From Mobula hypostoma (taxonomy: Eukaryota): a stretch of 64,000 nucleotides of DNA. Both the position numbers and the translations under genes were made by a program. The DNA lies in the NCBI RefSeq assembly GCF_963921235.1, contig NC_086108.1:72852001-72916000 (forward strand). The letters run 5' to 3'. This document shows positions 49,805 through 62,670 of the stretch, in pieces; the stretch's first letter is position 1; each line of letters begins with the position of its first letter. The notes beneath the pieces were generated by a model, which was not told where the DNA came from, ran no database searches, and worked only from the letters and a program-made list of their open reading frames with translations.

Positions 49805-50360
49805 AGAATCAGAATTAAAATCTGGTTTATTATCACTAGCATATGCCATGAAATTTGTCATAAAAATACTGTATGTTACAAAATGAAATACATAGTGCAA
49901 AAAAAAAAGAATAGCAAAGTAGGGATTCATGGGCCATTCAAAATGTGATGATGGAGGGCAAGGATCTGTTCCTAAAATAATGAATGAAAGTCTTCAGGCT
50001 CCTGCCCCACCTTCCCCTCCTTGAAGCCCACTGTCAGTTTCTGATTCTTGCTGGTGTTGAGTGTGAAGTTCTTGTTAGGACAGCAGTCAATTAGGTGACC
50101 TATCTCAATTCTGTGCACCATTTCAGCACAATCTGAGGTTCCACCTATAATTGTGGTGTTAGCAGACCATTAGCAAATTTATAGATTGGTGTTTGTGCTG
50201 AGCTTATCCACACAGTCATAAATGTAGAGAGAGTGGACCAAGCACACATCCTTCAGCTGTTGATTGTTAGTGAGGAGATGTTATTTCTAATCCACACTGA
50301 CAGTGTTCTCCTGATAAGGAAGTCAAGCATCCAGTTGCTGAGGGAGGTACATAGACCCAG
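49805..50360 (-). mobile_element. Old Rex1/Babar LINE remnant
   Basis: aatcagaat..ggtttattatcact tail; gcaaatttataga..gcttatccacacagtca RT remnant. Confidence 0.6.
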
Positions 50361-50629
50361 ATGTCTCTATACCTCCAAATCCTCAGCGATAATAGGAAAC
50401 AATGTACTCATTGGGATCTACTCAGCCTCGATCACAACTGACTCTCACAATTATTTGGCAGCCCTTCTACAAATTGCAGCTGCAATTCTCGTTAACTTAC
50501 AGGTTTCATCAGGTAACTTCCATCGCCTCACCTATTGAAACTAACTTTCTCTACTGTTTCTACTATTAGTAAACAAATGTCATAAAAACCATTGAGGGAA
50601 ATTCTTTCACCCATTGCAAGTGCTAAATA

Positions 50630-52523
50630 TATAGCTTAATAATGGCCTCTCCTGCCTGAGAAGTGACTTAGATGCTCTCCAATTTGCCAACCGGAGCAAC
50701 AGGTCCATAGCAGATGCCATCTCACTGGCTCTTCACTCAACACCAGAACATCTAGTCAGCAAAGCAGCATACATCAGGATGCTCTTTATCGACTATAGTT
50801 CAGCATTCAATACCATCATCCTCTAAAAGCTAATCAATAAGCTTTAAGACCTTGGTCTCAATGCCTCATTGTTCAATTGGATCCACGATTTCCCTACTTG
50901 CAGACCCCAGTTTGTTCAGATTGGTACCAGCATCTCCACAATTTCCATCAGCACAGGTGCACCATAAGGCTGTGTGCGTATCCCCCTATTCTACTTGATT
51001 TACAATTCTGATTTTGTGGCTAAGCACAACTCCATTGCCATATTTAAGTTTGCTGATGACACCACTGTCATAGGCCGAATAGCATGTAGAGGGAGATCGA
51101 AGGTCTGGCTGACTGGTGCCATAATGACAACCTCCTGCTCAATGTCAACAAAATCAAAGTGCTAATTGTTGATTTCAGGAGAAGAAAGCCAGGGGCCCAT
51201 GAGCCAGAGAATCAGGTGAAGGGGATCAGTAATTTTAAATTACTCAGTGTTATTATTTTGGATGACCCAGCACATACGTGCCATTACAAAGAAAGCACAG
51301 CTGCAACTCTATTTCATTTAGGAGTTTGCGAAGATGCGGCATGACATCTAATACTTAGACAAACCTCTATAGATGTGTAGTGGGGAATGTGTTGACTGGC
51401 TGCATCACAGCCTGGCATGTGCCCTTGAACAGTAAGTCCTACAAAAAGTAGGGGATACCGCCCAGTCTGTCATGGGTGAAGCTCTCTCCACCATTAAGGA
51501 TATCTCCACGAAACGCTATTGCAGGAAAGCAACATCTATCATCTGGGACCCCGACCACCAAGGACATGCTCTCTTCTTACTGCTGCCATCAGGAAGAAAG
51601 TACAGGAGCCTCAGGACTCTCACTTCCAGGTACAGGAACAGTTATTACTTCTCAACCATCAGGCTCTTGAACAAAAGGGAATAACTTCACTCAACTTCAC
51701 TTGCCCCATTATTGAAATGTTCCCACAACCTCTGGACTCACTTTCAAGGACTCTTCATCTTATGTTCTCAATATTTATTGCTTATTTATTAATGATGATG
51801 ATTATTATTTCTTTCTATTGTACTTGCAGTTTGTTGTCTTCTGCATACTAGTTGAATGCCCAAGTTGTTGTGGCCTTTCATTGATTATGTTATAGTTATT
51901 ATTTTATGGATTTATAGATAGATAGATAGATAGATACTTTATTGATCCCAAAGGCAATTGCAATGTCATGGTAGCATTACAAGTGCACAGATATACAAAT
52001 ATACAAATATTAGAAGAGAAGTAAGAAAGAAAGAATAAAAAATAATTTACCACGAACAGTCTAACAGGAGGGGTCATCACTTCCCCGGCTATAGGTTGAC
52101 TCATTATAGAGCCTGATGGTCGAGGGTAAGAATGACCTCGTATAGTGCTCTTTGGAGCAACTCAGTTATATTAGTCTATTACTGAAAGTGCTCCTCTGTT
52201 CAGCCAAGGTGGCATGCAGAGGGTGTGAAAATATTGACCAGAATTGCCAGGATTTTCTGTAGAGCCCTTTGCTCTACCACAGCCTCCAGTGTGTCCAGTT
52301 TGACTCCTATAACAAAGCCAGCCATTCTAGTCAGTTTATTGAGCCTGTTGCCATCACCCATGTTGATGCCATTGCCCAGCACACCACAAATAGAAGATTG
52401 TACTGGTAACAACAGACTGGTAGAACATGTGAAGTATGGAGTATAATTACAAGAAAATGAATCTCAGGGTTGTACATGGTGACATATATGTACCTTGACA
52501 ATACATTTACTTTGAACTTTGAA
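50630..52523 (+). mobile_element. Rex1/Babar LINE RT pseudogene plus 3' UTR, interrupted near its end
   Basis: [68 protein letters not shown]; tail ctttgaactttgaac at ~52510. Confidence 0.9.
51914..52432 (-). mobile_element. Second Rex1/Babar family 3' end nested in the preceding element
   Basis: ORF 52200..52412 NRLNKLTRMAGFVIGVKLDTLEAVVEQR; gggatcaataaagta plus (tcta)n tail. Confidence 0.85.
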
Positions 52524-53319
52524 CACTCTTTCTGAGTTTTGGTTCCCAACAGGAAACCAATACGCCATCACACATTATTCACAATGCCCTATGCTTTTGC
52601 AAATTCTTAAAACTCTGTCGGAGATTAATTCCTGAAGGCACCATGAAAGTTAAGGTAGATTTGGTCAACCAGCAAGCTTTTCCTGTTCGTGCTCCCCGTT
52701 CAAATTCAACTCAGGTATTCAGTGTATCTTGGGGTAAAACTGCGGCACAGGCATGTGCACTCTCAATTTGTCAGGGCTGAAAAATGAGGGCTTAAGTGTT
52801 TGATTTATTATTGTTTGGTATTTCTGAGTTCTAATTAAACATTCTTTTTTTCAATTCCAGTACCTTCATCACAATGAGGTAACCCGATCACAGTTACACC
52901 ATTACATCATCTTCCACACAAAAAGATTGCCATGACAACAAGCCCTTCTGAGACAAGTGATAGGAAGGTGAACAATGTCTTAGTCTCATCTCTCTAAAAT
53001 GAATACACATCCTTTTTTATTAACTGTGGATGATAGCAGAGCTACCTGAACAGCAGTAGGATTGTCCGCAACAGTGGATTGATTGGTACATCAGAACCAA
53101 TGTTCACGAGAACACAAGGGTCAGACTTTCAGGTTCAGAGATTGTGACAGTTTTAAAAATAGTCATAAAAGATCTTGACTCACACCAGCATTTGAAATTC
53201 TAAGCTCTCTTTAAGAGGTGTTGAGAAATTCTGCATTCTGTTATTATTTTACCTTGTCTGTGTACAATGATTTGATCTATATGAACCATATGCAAGGCAG
53301 GCTTTTATGTCTGTTGGTA

Positions 53320-55015
53320 CATAGAACATAAGTCCTTCAGCCTATGATGTTATGCCAATCTCTATAAACATACTCCATGATCAGTCTAACCCTTCCCTCA
53401 CACACAGCACATAGCCCTCCATGTTTCTTAGATTCATGTGCCTATCTTTAAGTTTTTTAAATGCTCCTTTTGTATCAGCCTCTACCACAAACCCCTCCAT
53501 TCCAGGCACCCAATACTGTCTGTGTAAAAACGTTTCTTCTGACATTTCCCCAAAACTTTCTTCCACTCACCTTAAACAGATATTTCTTTATATAGGCCAT
53601 CACAGTCTGGGAAAAAGATGCTGACGATTCACTCTATCTGTGCTTCTCATCATCTTATACAACTCTAGCATGAATTCAGCCATTAACCTTGTATTCCACC
53701 TTCAAGTTTGACCTTCCAAAGTGAATCATTTCACACTTTTCCAGATTAAACTCCAAAGGCCACTTTTCCACCAAACTCTGCATCTCTGCATTACTACCTC
53801 ACTTTGTAAAAAATATACAGTATTTCTGTTTTTGCACGTTTTTAATCTATTCAATATAAGTAATTGATTTACTTGTTTAATTATTATTACTTTTTATTTT
53901 ATTTATTATTATTTTTTCCTCTGCTAGATTATGTATTGCATTGAACTGCTGCTGCTAAGTTAACAAATTTCACGTGACATACCAGTAATAGTAAACCTGA
54001 TTCTGATTGTCTATATCCGGCCTACATCCTACGACAACCTTCTACACCATCCACACCTCCAACATTCATGTCATCTGCAAACTTAATAAACTACCCTTCT
54101 ACTTCCTCATCCAGGTCATTTATAAAAATCATAAGGAGCAGGAGCTCAAGAACAGATTCCTACAAAACACCAATATCCAGGCAGAATACTCTCCATCTAC
54201 CACCACCCTCTGCCTTCTGTGAGTCAGCTGATTCCAAATCCATGCAGCCAAGTCCCCATGAAACCCATGCCTTATAACTTTCTGGATGAGCCTACTATAG
54301 TGGACCTTGTTAAGTGCCTTATAGAAATCCATATGCACTCTACCCACTGTTTTACCTTCATCAATTTGTTTGTTTCCTCCTCAACCAAAGCTCATTTTGG
54401 CTCACGGCCTGCTTACCTAAGACAATGCTTATCTAAAAGCTCATGAATCCTGTCCCTAAGAATTCTCTCCAACAGTTTGTCAACTACTGGCATGTCTCAC
54501 TGGTCTATAATTGTCAGGATTATCGTTATTACATGTGTTGAACGACAGGACGACATTTGCCTTCCTTCAATCCTGTGGTACTCTCCTGAGGCCATGGAGA
54601 ATACAAACATTATTGTCAAAGCCCCAGAAATCTCTTCCCTCACTTCCTGAAGTAACCTAGGATATATCTTGCCCTGTTCTGGTGGCTTATCGATCTTACA
54701 GTTCTTCAGAAGATCTAATACCACCGCTTTCTTAACCTCAACTTGTTTCAGTACTTCAGCCTATTCTATGCTGACATCACATTCAGAGAAGCTCCCCCTC
54801 CCTGCTGAACACTGAAGCAAAGTATTCATTAAGAATATCTTGTATTTATTCATTAAAAGGACCTCCCCTATTTTCTCCGCATCTAGGCACCTGTCCCCCT
54901 CTTATTCCTGAGCAGCCCTCCCCTCAATTTAGTCATCCTCTTGTTCTTCATGTACTTGCAGAATGCCTTGAGGATTTCCTTAATGCTATTGCCAAGGCCG
55001 TTTCATGTCCTCTTC
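53320..55015 (-). mobile_element. CR1 LINE, decayed and internally deleted
   Basis: ORFs 54129..54347 (MDFYKALNKVH..WIWNQLTHRRQRVVVDG), 54497..54724, 53381..53566. Confidence 0.85.
53790..54008 (+). mobile_element. Rex1-type 3' UTR/tail nested in CR1
   Basis: aacaaatttcacg..taaacctgattctgatt terminus. Confidence 0.65.
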
Positions 55016-55184
55016 CAACATGTGACAATAATGAACACTTCCACTCCAGAAACATATATCGGAAACACTTAAATTGTAATAGGACATGGAGAGTGTGGAA
55101 AAAAACCACAGATGGACTTGCATTGTTTTCTATTTTATTTTGAGTTCTTTAATGTCTTCCTTTATGGCTTATTGGGGACACTAA

Positions 55185-55440
55185 TCACCAAGTGGTTTAA
55201 GACAAAAAGAAGTATTGATGAAGAAGTTCTTTACCCATAACATATTTCCATAAACAGAAATGTGTCAATGACTACAGAATCTCTTTTGACCACTTATTGA
55301 GAGCAAATTATTAGTTCAGACACCATGCATGATTCCGCTCCTCTTCTTCAGGTTAGTGCCATGAATGAGATCTTTTGCATGCATGGGAGTGCACGGACAA
55401 GGCACACCATACCTCATATAAGAAGCATTGTACATGAGCA
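55185..55440 (-). mobile_element. Deu-domain SINE remnant
   Basis: ctcctcttcttcaggttagtgccatg..gatctttt matches the recalled Deu domain in reverse. Confidence 0.55.
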
Positions 55441-55574
55441 TTCTCTAGAATTTTCTGTTCATTTCTCTAAAGTTGCATTCTGTATAGCTTAGTGGTGGCA
55501 ATTTTGTATATGAGCCAGAAATCCGTGAGTGCTTAGCCTCATTTGGAGAGTTAGATGCACGATTTCATCTTCCT

Positions 55575-55895
55575 TTTCATTGCATTACTAAAGGAGATGC
55601 CATCTTTCAGACAAAATATGAAGTCACAGGGTGATTGAGAAAGATCCCACAATGAAATTCAGAAAAAAGCAGGAGAGGTTTTATCATATCCGTGGCTGAC
55701 AGGTAGCCTGTATCAATATCATTAAATCAGATTATTTAGCTGCCTATCGTATTGCTATTCAAGGGAACTTGTTACAGTCTACCTGTTTCATTTCCCCGAA
55801 GTACAGAACTGACTACATTTCTAAGGTATTTCACAAGCTATAGGGCACCTTGAGATTCTCAAAGGTTGTGAAGGTGAATATAAACCAAAGTTTGA
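55575..55895 (+). mobile_element. Deu-domain SINE (SacSINE1-like)
   Basis: gatgccatctttcaga..aaagatccca..agcagg..cagattattt..attgct..tgactacatttc..ggttgtgaagg. Confidence 0.7.
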
Positions 55896-57142
55896 CTCTA
55901 AGGCTTGGACCCTCATGGGAAAGAAAGAAGACTGGTGTTGAAATGCTGCAATAAAATTACTCAAATACTAATGCTTTTGTGAGCATTAATAAGAAAACAT
56001 TTTTCTGTGAAAGTCTGATAATTGAAAATCTCTAACTCTGGTGAAACATGTTATTTTATGTATGGTTGTTTAGTAAATTCTACAAGTCAAAATTGCAGAA
56101 AGCCGAGTTTAGAGTGATATCACTGTAAAATTAGAGAAGAGCAAATTCTTATTAATATACCACTTCAAATACCTGCAATATTTCTAGAAATATTATGCTG
56201 TGACTATGTTCAGAAATTGTAATTTTTTGTGTATTTCTGCAGACTCTTTATAACTGCTGCCATTTAAAAGACAACTTCTTTCTTGCAACTTTAGGCCATA
56301 TAGACGTTTTGCACAGAGTCAAAAACAGGAAAATGAAAGGATTCCAACTTACTTTAGTAACTACTTTAGTAATCCTCATACACATTCACCTCTGATTTCC
56401 AATTGTGGTAGTTTCAGAGTTAATGCTTGGTCTCTAAAACCAGACCTGTAGTCTTCTTCACTTCATGTCAGCAGGGAGCAATGTGACTGTTCCAAGAGTT
56501 GAAAATCTGAAATTCTCCTGGAGCCTCACTTAACTAAGAAAGTACTGTGGTTCAGAAAGGTTGTCCTTAGCCATTAATAATTTTATCTGGATCCTTGTAG
56601 GAAATCTTCTGGCTTGAACCTTTTATGATGATGGTTATTTTTTGCTATGCAGACGCTTACTGTTCTGTAGCCAAGGCATGAAACAAGCCATCAAACTTTT
56701 GCAATGGGGTCTCTCTGGAGGATAACTTTTTGCAAAATTTACTTTTGATTCATTGCTGCACAACCTGCCCAGTTTCTTCTCCCTCTCTCTCCTTAATGTT
56801 TTTCTAAATAAAAACATATTTGAAACAGTAATTTTTCCGCTGAGATTGTAAGATAAACAACTTGAGAAAAAAAACTTTTAAATACTCGTTTATCTTAGAA
56901 TTCCAGTCGAAAAAAAAACACATTTGGAGGAAGAAACAAAAGATATACACCCCCTCAGTATCTGGGTAGAAGTACAAATTTTCTTAGCTGTGTACAAATA
57001 CTGCAAAAAATTTTTTTTTGCCAAAGTGTTCTCATTTAAGAGAGTTTAGCAGTTAATTTCTTTTAGCACAGCCACAATTTTATAAGCAACACAAAGTGCA
57101 GAAGGACTAATTATGGACTAATCGGCACCTGATGTGATTAGT

Positions 57143-59340
57143 CCATGAGACCATAAGACATAGGAGCAAGATTAGGCCATTCAGCCCATCAAGACTGCTC
57201 CACCATTCCATCATGGCTAATCCCAGATCCCACCCAACCCCATACACCTGCTCTCTCTCCATATCCTTTAATGGCCTAACTGATTAGGAAACTATCAACT
57301 TCTACCTTAAACATACCCACAGACTTGGATTCCGCCAGAGCTCTCCACATCCACTCTCTCGAGTCCTTTCAACATTCGGTAGGTTTCAATGAGATCCCCA
57401 TGCATTCTTCTGAACTCCAGTCACTACAGCGGCCAAACGCTCCTCTTATCTTAACCCCTTCATTCCCGGAATCATGCTTGTGAACCTCCTATGGAACTCT
57501 CCAATGACAACACATCCTTTCTGAGACATAGGGTAAAAAAATGTTGAGAATCCTTTATGCAGCCTAGTTAGGGTCTTATTAAGCCTCAGCATTATCTCCT
57601 TGCTTTTATATTCGATTCCACTTGAAATAAATGCCAACATTGCATTTGCCTTCTTTACCACAGACTCAACCTTGTATATTAACCTTCTGGGAATCATGCA
57701 CAAGGACTCCTAATTCCCTCTGCACCACAGATGTTTGAACTTTCTCCTCATTTAGATAATAGTCTGCACTATTGTTCCTTTTACAAAAATGCATTATCAC
57801 ACATTTCCCAAGACTGTATTCCATCTGCCACTTTTTTGCTCAGTCTTCCAATTTGTCTAAGTCCTGCTGCAATCGCATTGCTTCCTCAGCACTACCTACC
57901 CCTCCAACTATCTTTGTATCATTCGCAAACTTTGCCAGAAAGCCATTAATTCCGTTATTCAAATTATTGACAAACATTGTGAAAAGTAGCAGTCCCAATA
58001 CTGATCCCTGAGAACACCACTAGTCACTGGCAGCCAGCCAGAAAAGGCCCCCTTTATTCCCACTTGCTGTCTCCTGCCTGTCAGCCATCCCTCTATCCGT
58101 GCCAGTATCTTTGCTGTAATGCTATAGGATTTGATCTTGGTAAGCAGCCTCATGTGTGGCACTTATCAAAGGCCTTTTGAAAATCCAAGTAAATGACATC
58201 AATTACCTCTTCTTGGTTCACCCTGCTTGTTACTTCCTTGAAGAATTCTAACAGATTTGTCAGGCAAGATTTCCCTTTACAGAAACTATGCTGATTTTGA
58301 CTTATTTTTATTATTAGTCTCTAAGTACCCTGAAACCTCATCCTTAATAATAGACTCCAACACATTCCCAACCACTGAGGTTAGGCTAACTGGCCTATAA
58401 TTTCCTTTCTTTTGTCTTCCTCCCTTCTTAAAGACTGGAGTGACATTTGCAAACTTCTATTCTTTCAGGATGATGTCAGAATCAAGTGATTCTTGAAAGA
58501 TCATGACTAGTGCACCAGCTATCTCTTTAGCAACCTCTCTCAGTACTCTGGGATGTAGTCCATCTGGTCCAGGTGACTTATTCACCTTAAGACCTTTGAG
58601 TTTTGTGCATATATTTAAGGTGGAATTTGATTGTTTCTGATTGGTCAGGGCAGCAAAGGATAAGGCGAGAAGGCAGATTTTTAGGGTTGAATGGGACCCA
58701 GGATCAGACATGATATGGCAGAGCAGACTCGACAGGCTGAATGGCTGAATTCTGTCCTATATCTTATGGATTTTGCCTCACACTTTTCCCTTTGTACTAG
58801 CAATGGCACTCACTCCTGCTCCCTGAGACTCATGGACCTCTGGCCCACTACTAGTGTCTTCTACAATGAAGACTGATGAAAAGTACCCATTAAGTTCTTC
58901 TGCCATTTCTTTGTCCCCCATTACTATGTCACTGGCATCATTTTCTAGTGGTCCAATATCAATTCTCACCTCCCTTTTACTCTTTATATAACTGAAAAAA
59001 AGTTTTAATATCCTGCTTTATATTAATGGCTAGTTTGCCCTGATATTTCATCTTTTCCCTTCTTCTTTTGGTTGCCTTTTGTTGGATTTTAAAAGCATCC
59101 CAATCATTCAACTTGCCACTCACTTTTGCTACCTTATATGCCCTAACCTTGGCTTTTATACAGTCCTTAATACAACCTACTCCTGCCATTTGAGAACAAC
59201 TTCTGTGGGACATATCTATCCTGTGTTTTGTGAACTATTCACAGAAACTTCAGCCACCTCTGTTCTGCTGTCATCCTCAACAGTATCGTCCTCCAATTCA
59301 CCTGGGCAAGCTCCTCTCTTATGCCTCTGTAATTCCCTTC
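57143..59340 (-). mobile_element. CR1 LINE ORF2 and 3' end
   Basis: ORFs 58778..58969, 58457..58711 (KSPGPDGLHPRVLRE), 57959..58162, 57446..57703. Confidence 0.95.
58606..58770 (+). mobile_element. CR1 3' tail inserted antisense into CR1
   Basis: gagcagactcgacaggctgaatggctgaattctg..tatatcttatgg flanked by ttttg. Confidence 0.8.
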
Positions 59341-60799
59341 ATTAAAGAAAATCTACATAAACTCTCTGGTATTCTTTCTCTATAGTTTTCATTACTGTCA
59401 CGTAAGAGGAGAAAAACAGAAGTGTGTGCACACTGCAATTCAAGAACAAAATGGAAGAATAAGATTAATATTGATTCCTTCAGATGCCTTTTGGGAAAAG
59501 GAAAAATTTGCCTTCAAGTTCAAAAGGCATTGGAAATAAACTCCCAAGACTTGCACTTGCTGCAGATACAAGTGAAGCAGTCAGAGACCAAGGCCAAACA
59601 TGCAAGCTTCCTGATGCAAGATGTTTGATGCTTGACACATCATTCAGGCACATGACTAAAGGCTACCCCCGGCTAAACACACTTGGCAGCTATCCCTGAG
59701 AGATCACTTTCAATTTGGGTCGTTCTGACCTCGTACTAAATGTCATCATGCATGGATTGCAACATAAAGTGCTTTAAACATTAATCTACCCAGTACACTG
59801 ATTGTACTGTCAAACATTCCTTAATAAGAAGCAAAATCACGCTATTACGTATATCTCTTGAGACCAGACAGTAGTGCTTCCAAGAGTCAAGATGGTAAGA
59901 TTGTCATGAATCTTGCAGATTTCTACACCAACCTTGCAGAATTCTTGTTGAGAATTGTTAAAATGAAAATTAAATAGTATGAAGACTTGAGAAATCTTTA
60001 ACATTTGGGGAAAATAGTAATTCCTTGCATTATATTTACACCAAATCTGTATGGTAATCTGCCCTCGGAACTCAAGTACATGCTAGTTAATTGAGTAGTA
60101 TAAACCTGTTTTAATTACTTGCCCTAACATGAACATTTTCAAATTTCAATTTATATTAAGTCGAGCTTTAATTTAGTTCCCTAATAATTAATTGACAATA
60201 AGGCAAGCTGTAAATGGAACATTACAACAGTAAAAAATACCTAACATACAGTATAATGTGTAGACATTTATGTCAGAGATTCAATGAGAAGTCAATTTCT
60301 TCTTTGATCGCCACACTATCTCATGGTCCCCTCAGCTTGCCTTACACTGTTGACAACACATTGAGATGTTCATTATTTTGGTTCTCTCCCACTGCAATCA
60401 TTCAACCTGCCCCCTCCTTCTACACATCCCCCCCGCCCCACCACCACCACCATTCCACATTCAAATCTTTGGTAGTTATTATTTTTTCAGGATTTGTATT
60501 ATATTTTCAATGCGGCCACCGAAACTAAAATAAATAATGTTGCAAGTGAAGGTACTTAATTCTTCAGTATGCTTAAATAACATTGTTTCTTGAAGTGCTT
60601 TTGAATGATGTGGGTTGGCACGTCTATGACTAAAGTAATTTTTTGCAGCTCACTATTCTTTGACTCAACTCATGAAAAATTGATTTGCTTAATTGTTGTA
60701 AATATGATGTCAGCAATTGGATATCTAGTTTCTGAGGCCTACCTGAATTTCAATTGCTTCTCTTGGACAGTTTGGAATGTGTGGCAGGAAGATAAGGCA

Positions 60800-62670
60800 T
60801 GAAAAATTTAAAGTAAATTTTTTTCATCGAAGTACATATATGTCACCATATACAACTCTGAGATTCATTTTTCTTGCATGCATCCATAATAGAATAATAA
60901 CCATAAGACATAGGAGCAGAATTAGGCCATTTGGCCCATCGAGTCTGCTCTGCCATTCAATCATGGCTGATTCTTTGTTCCCTCCTCAGCCCCACTCTCC
61001 GGCCCTCTTGATGTCCTGTTCAATCAAGAACCTATCAAGCTCTGCTTTAAATACACCCAACGAGCTGGCCTCCACATCTGCATTTTTGTTTTCCAACATT
61101 GTATTTCATTTGTCACTTTCTTGCCCATTCTCCTAATCTGTCTAAGCCCTTCTGCAGCCTACCTGTTTCCTCAACACTACCTGCCCCTCCACCAATCTTC
61201 GTATCATCTGTAAACTTGGCAACAAAGCCATCTACTCCATAATCCAAATCATTGATATACAGCATAAAAAGAAGCGGTCCTAACACCGACCCCTGTGGAA
61301 CACCACTAGTCACTGGCAGCCAACCAGAAAAGGATCCTTTTATTCCCACTCGCTGCCTCCTACCGAACAGCCAATGCTCTAACCATGCCAGTAACTTTCC
61401 TGTAGTACCATGGGCTCTGAACTTGGTAAGCAGCCTCATGTGTAGCACCTTGTCAAATGACTTCTGAAAGTCCAAATATACAACATCCACTGCATCCCCT
61501 TTATCTACCTTACTTGTAAGAATTCCAACAGGTTTGTCAGACAAGATTTTTCCTTCAGGAAACCATGCTGACTTTGTCCTATCTTGTCCTGTGTCACCAA
61601 GTACTCCATAACCTCATCCTTAACAATTGACTCCAACATCTTCCCAAGTACCCAGGTCAGGTTAACTGGTCTATAATTTCCTTTGTGCTGCCTTCTTCCT
61701 TTCTTAAAGAGTGGAGTGATATTTGCAATTTTCCAGTCCTCTGGCACTATGTCAGAGTCCAGTGATTTTTGAAAGATCATTACTAATGCCTCTACAATCT
61801 CTACTGCTACCTCTTTCAGAACTCTAGGGTGCAATTCTTCTGGCCTGGGTGACTTATGTATCCTTAGGTCTTTCAGCTTTTTGAGCACCTTCTCCCTTGT
61901 AATAGTAACTGTACTCACTTCTCTTCCCTCACACCTTTCAACATCTGGCACACTGCTAGTGTCTTCCAAAGTGAAGACAGATGCAAAATACTCATTTAGT
62001 TCATCTGTCATCTCCTTGTCCCCCTAAATTATTTCTCCAGCTTCATTTTCTAGTGGTCCTATATCCACTCTCATCTCATTTTTTATTTTTTACATACTTG
62101 AAAATGCTTGAATAACCATAATAGAATCAATGAAAGACCGCATCAACTGGGTGTTCAACCAGAATGCGAAAGAAAACAAACAGTGCAAATACAAAAAGAA
62201 AAAAAAATAGGTAAGCAACAACTATGGAGAATATGAAATGAAGAGTCCTTGAAAATAAGTCCATAGGTTGTGGAAACATTTCAGTGATGGGGCAAGTGAA
62301 GTTAAGTGAAGTTAACCCCTTTGGATCAAGACCCAGATGGTTGAGGGGTAACAACTGTTTCTGAACCTGGTGTTGTGAATCCTGAAGCTCCTAGACATTC
62401 TTCCTGATGGCAGAAGCAAGACAAGAGCATGGCCTGGGTGGTGGGGGTCCCTGATGATGGATCCTGCTTTCCTGCTACAATGTTGCGTGTAAATGCGCTC
62501 AGTGGTGGGGAGGGCTTTACCCATGATGGACTGGGCTGTATCCACTACTTTTTGTAGAATTTTCCAGTCAAGGGCATTAGTGTTTCCATACCAGGCTCTG
62601 ATGCAGCCAGACAATATATTCTCCACCACATATCTATAGAAGTTTGTCAAAATTGTAGATGGGCATGAAG
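60800..62670 (-). mobile_element. Rex1/Babar LINE 3' portion split by a CR1 insertion
   Basis: ORF 62312..62650 (NFYRYVVENILSGCIRAWYGN..LLPSGR); the 3' UTR continues at 60800-60906. Confidence 0.85.
60907..62110 (-). mobile_element. CR1 LINE RT region with internal deletion
   Basis: ORFs 61505..62011 and 61113..61544 (YLDFQKSFDKV, GVPQGSVLGPLLF, KFTDD); TSD aataaccataa at 60896-60906 and 62111-62121. Confidence 0.95.
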
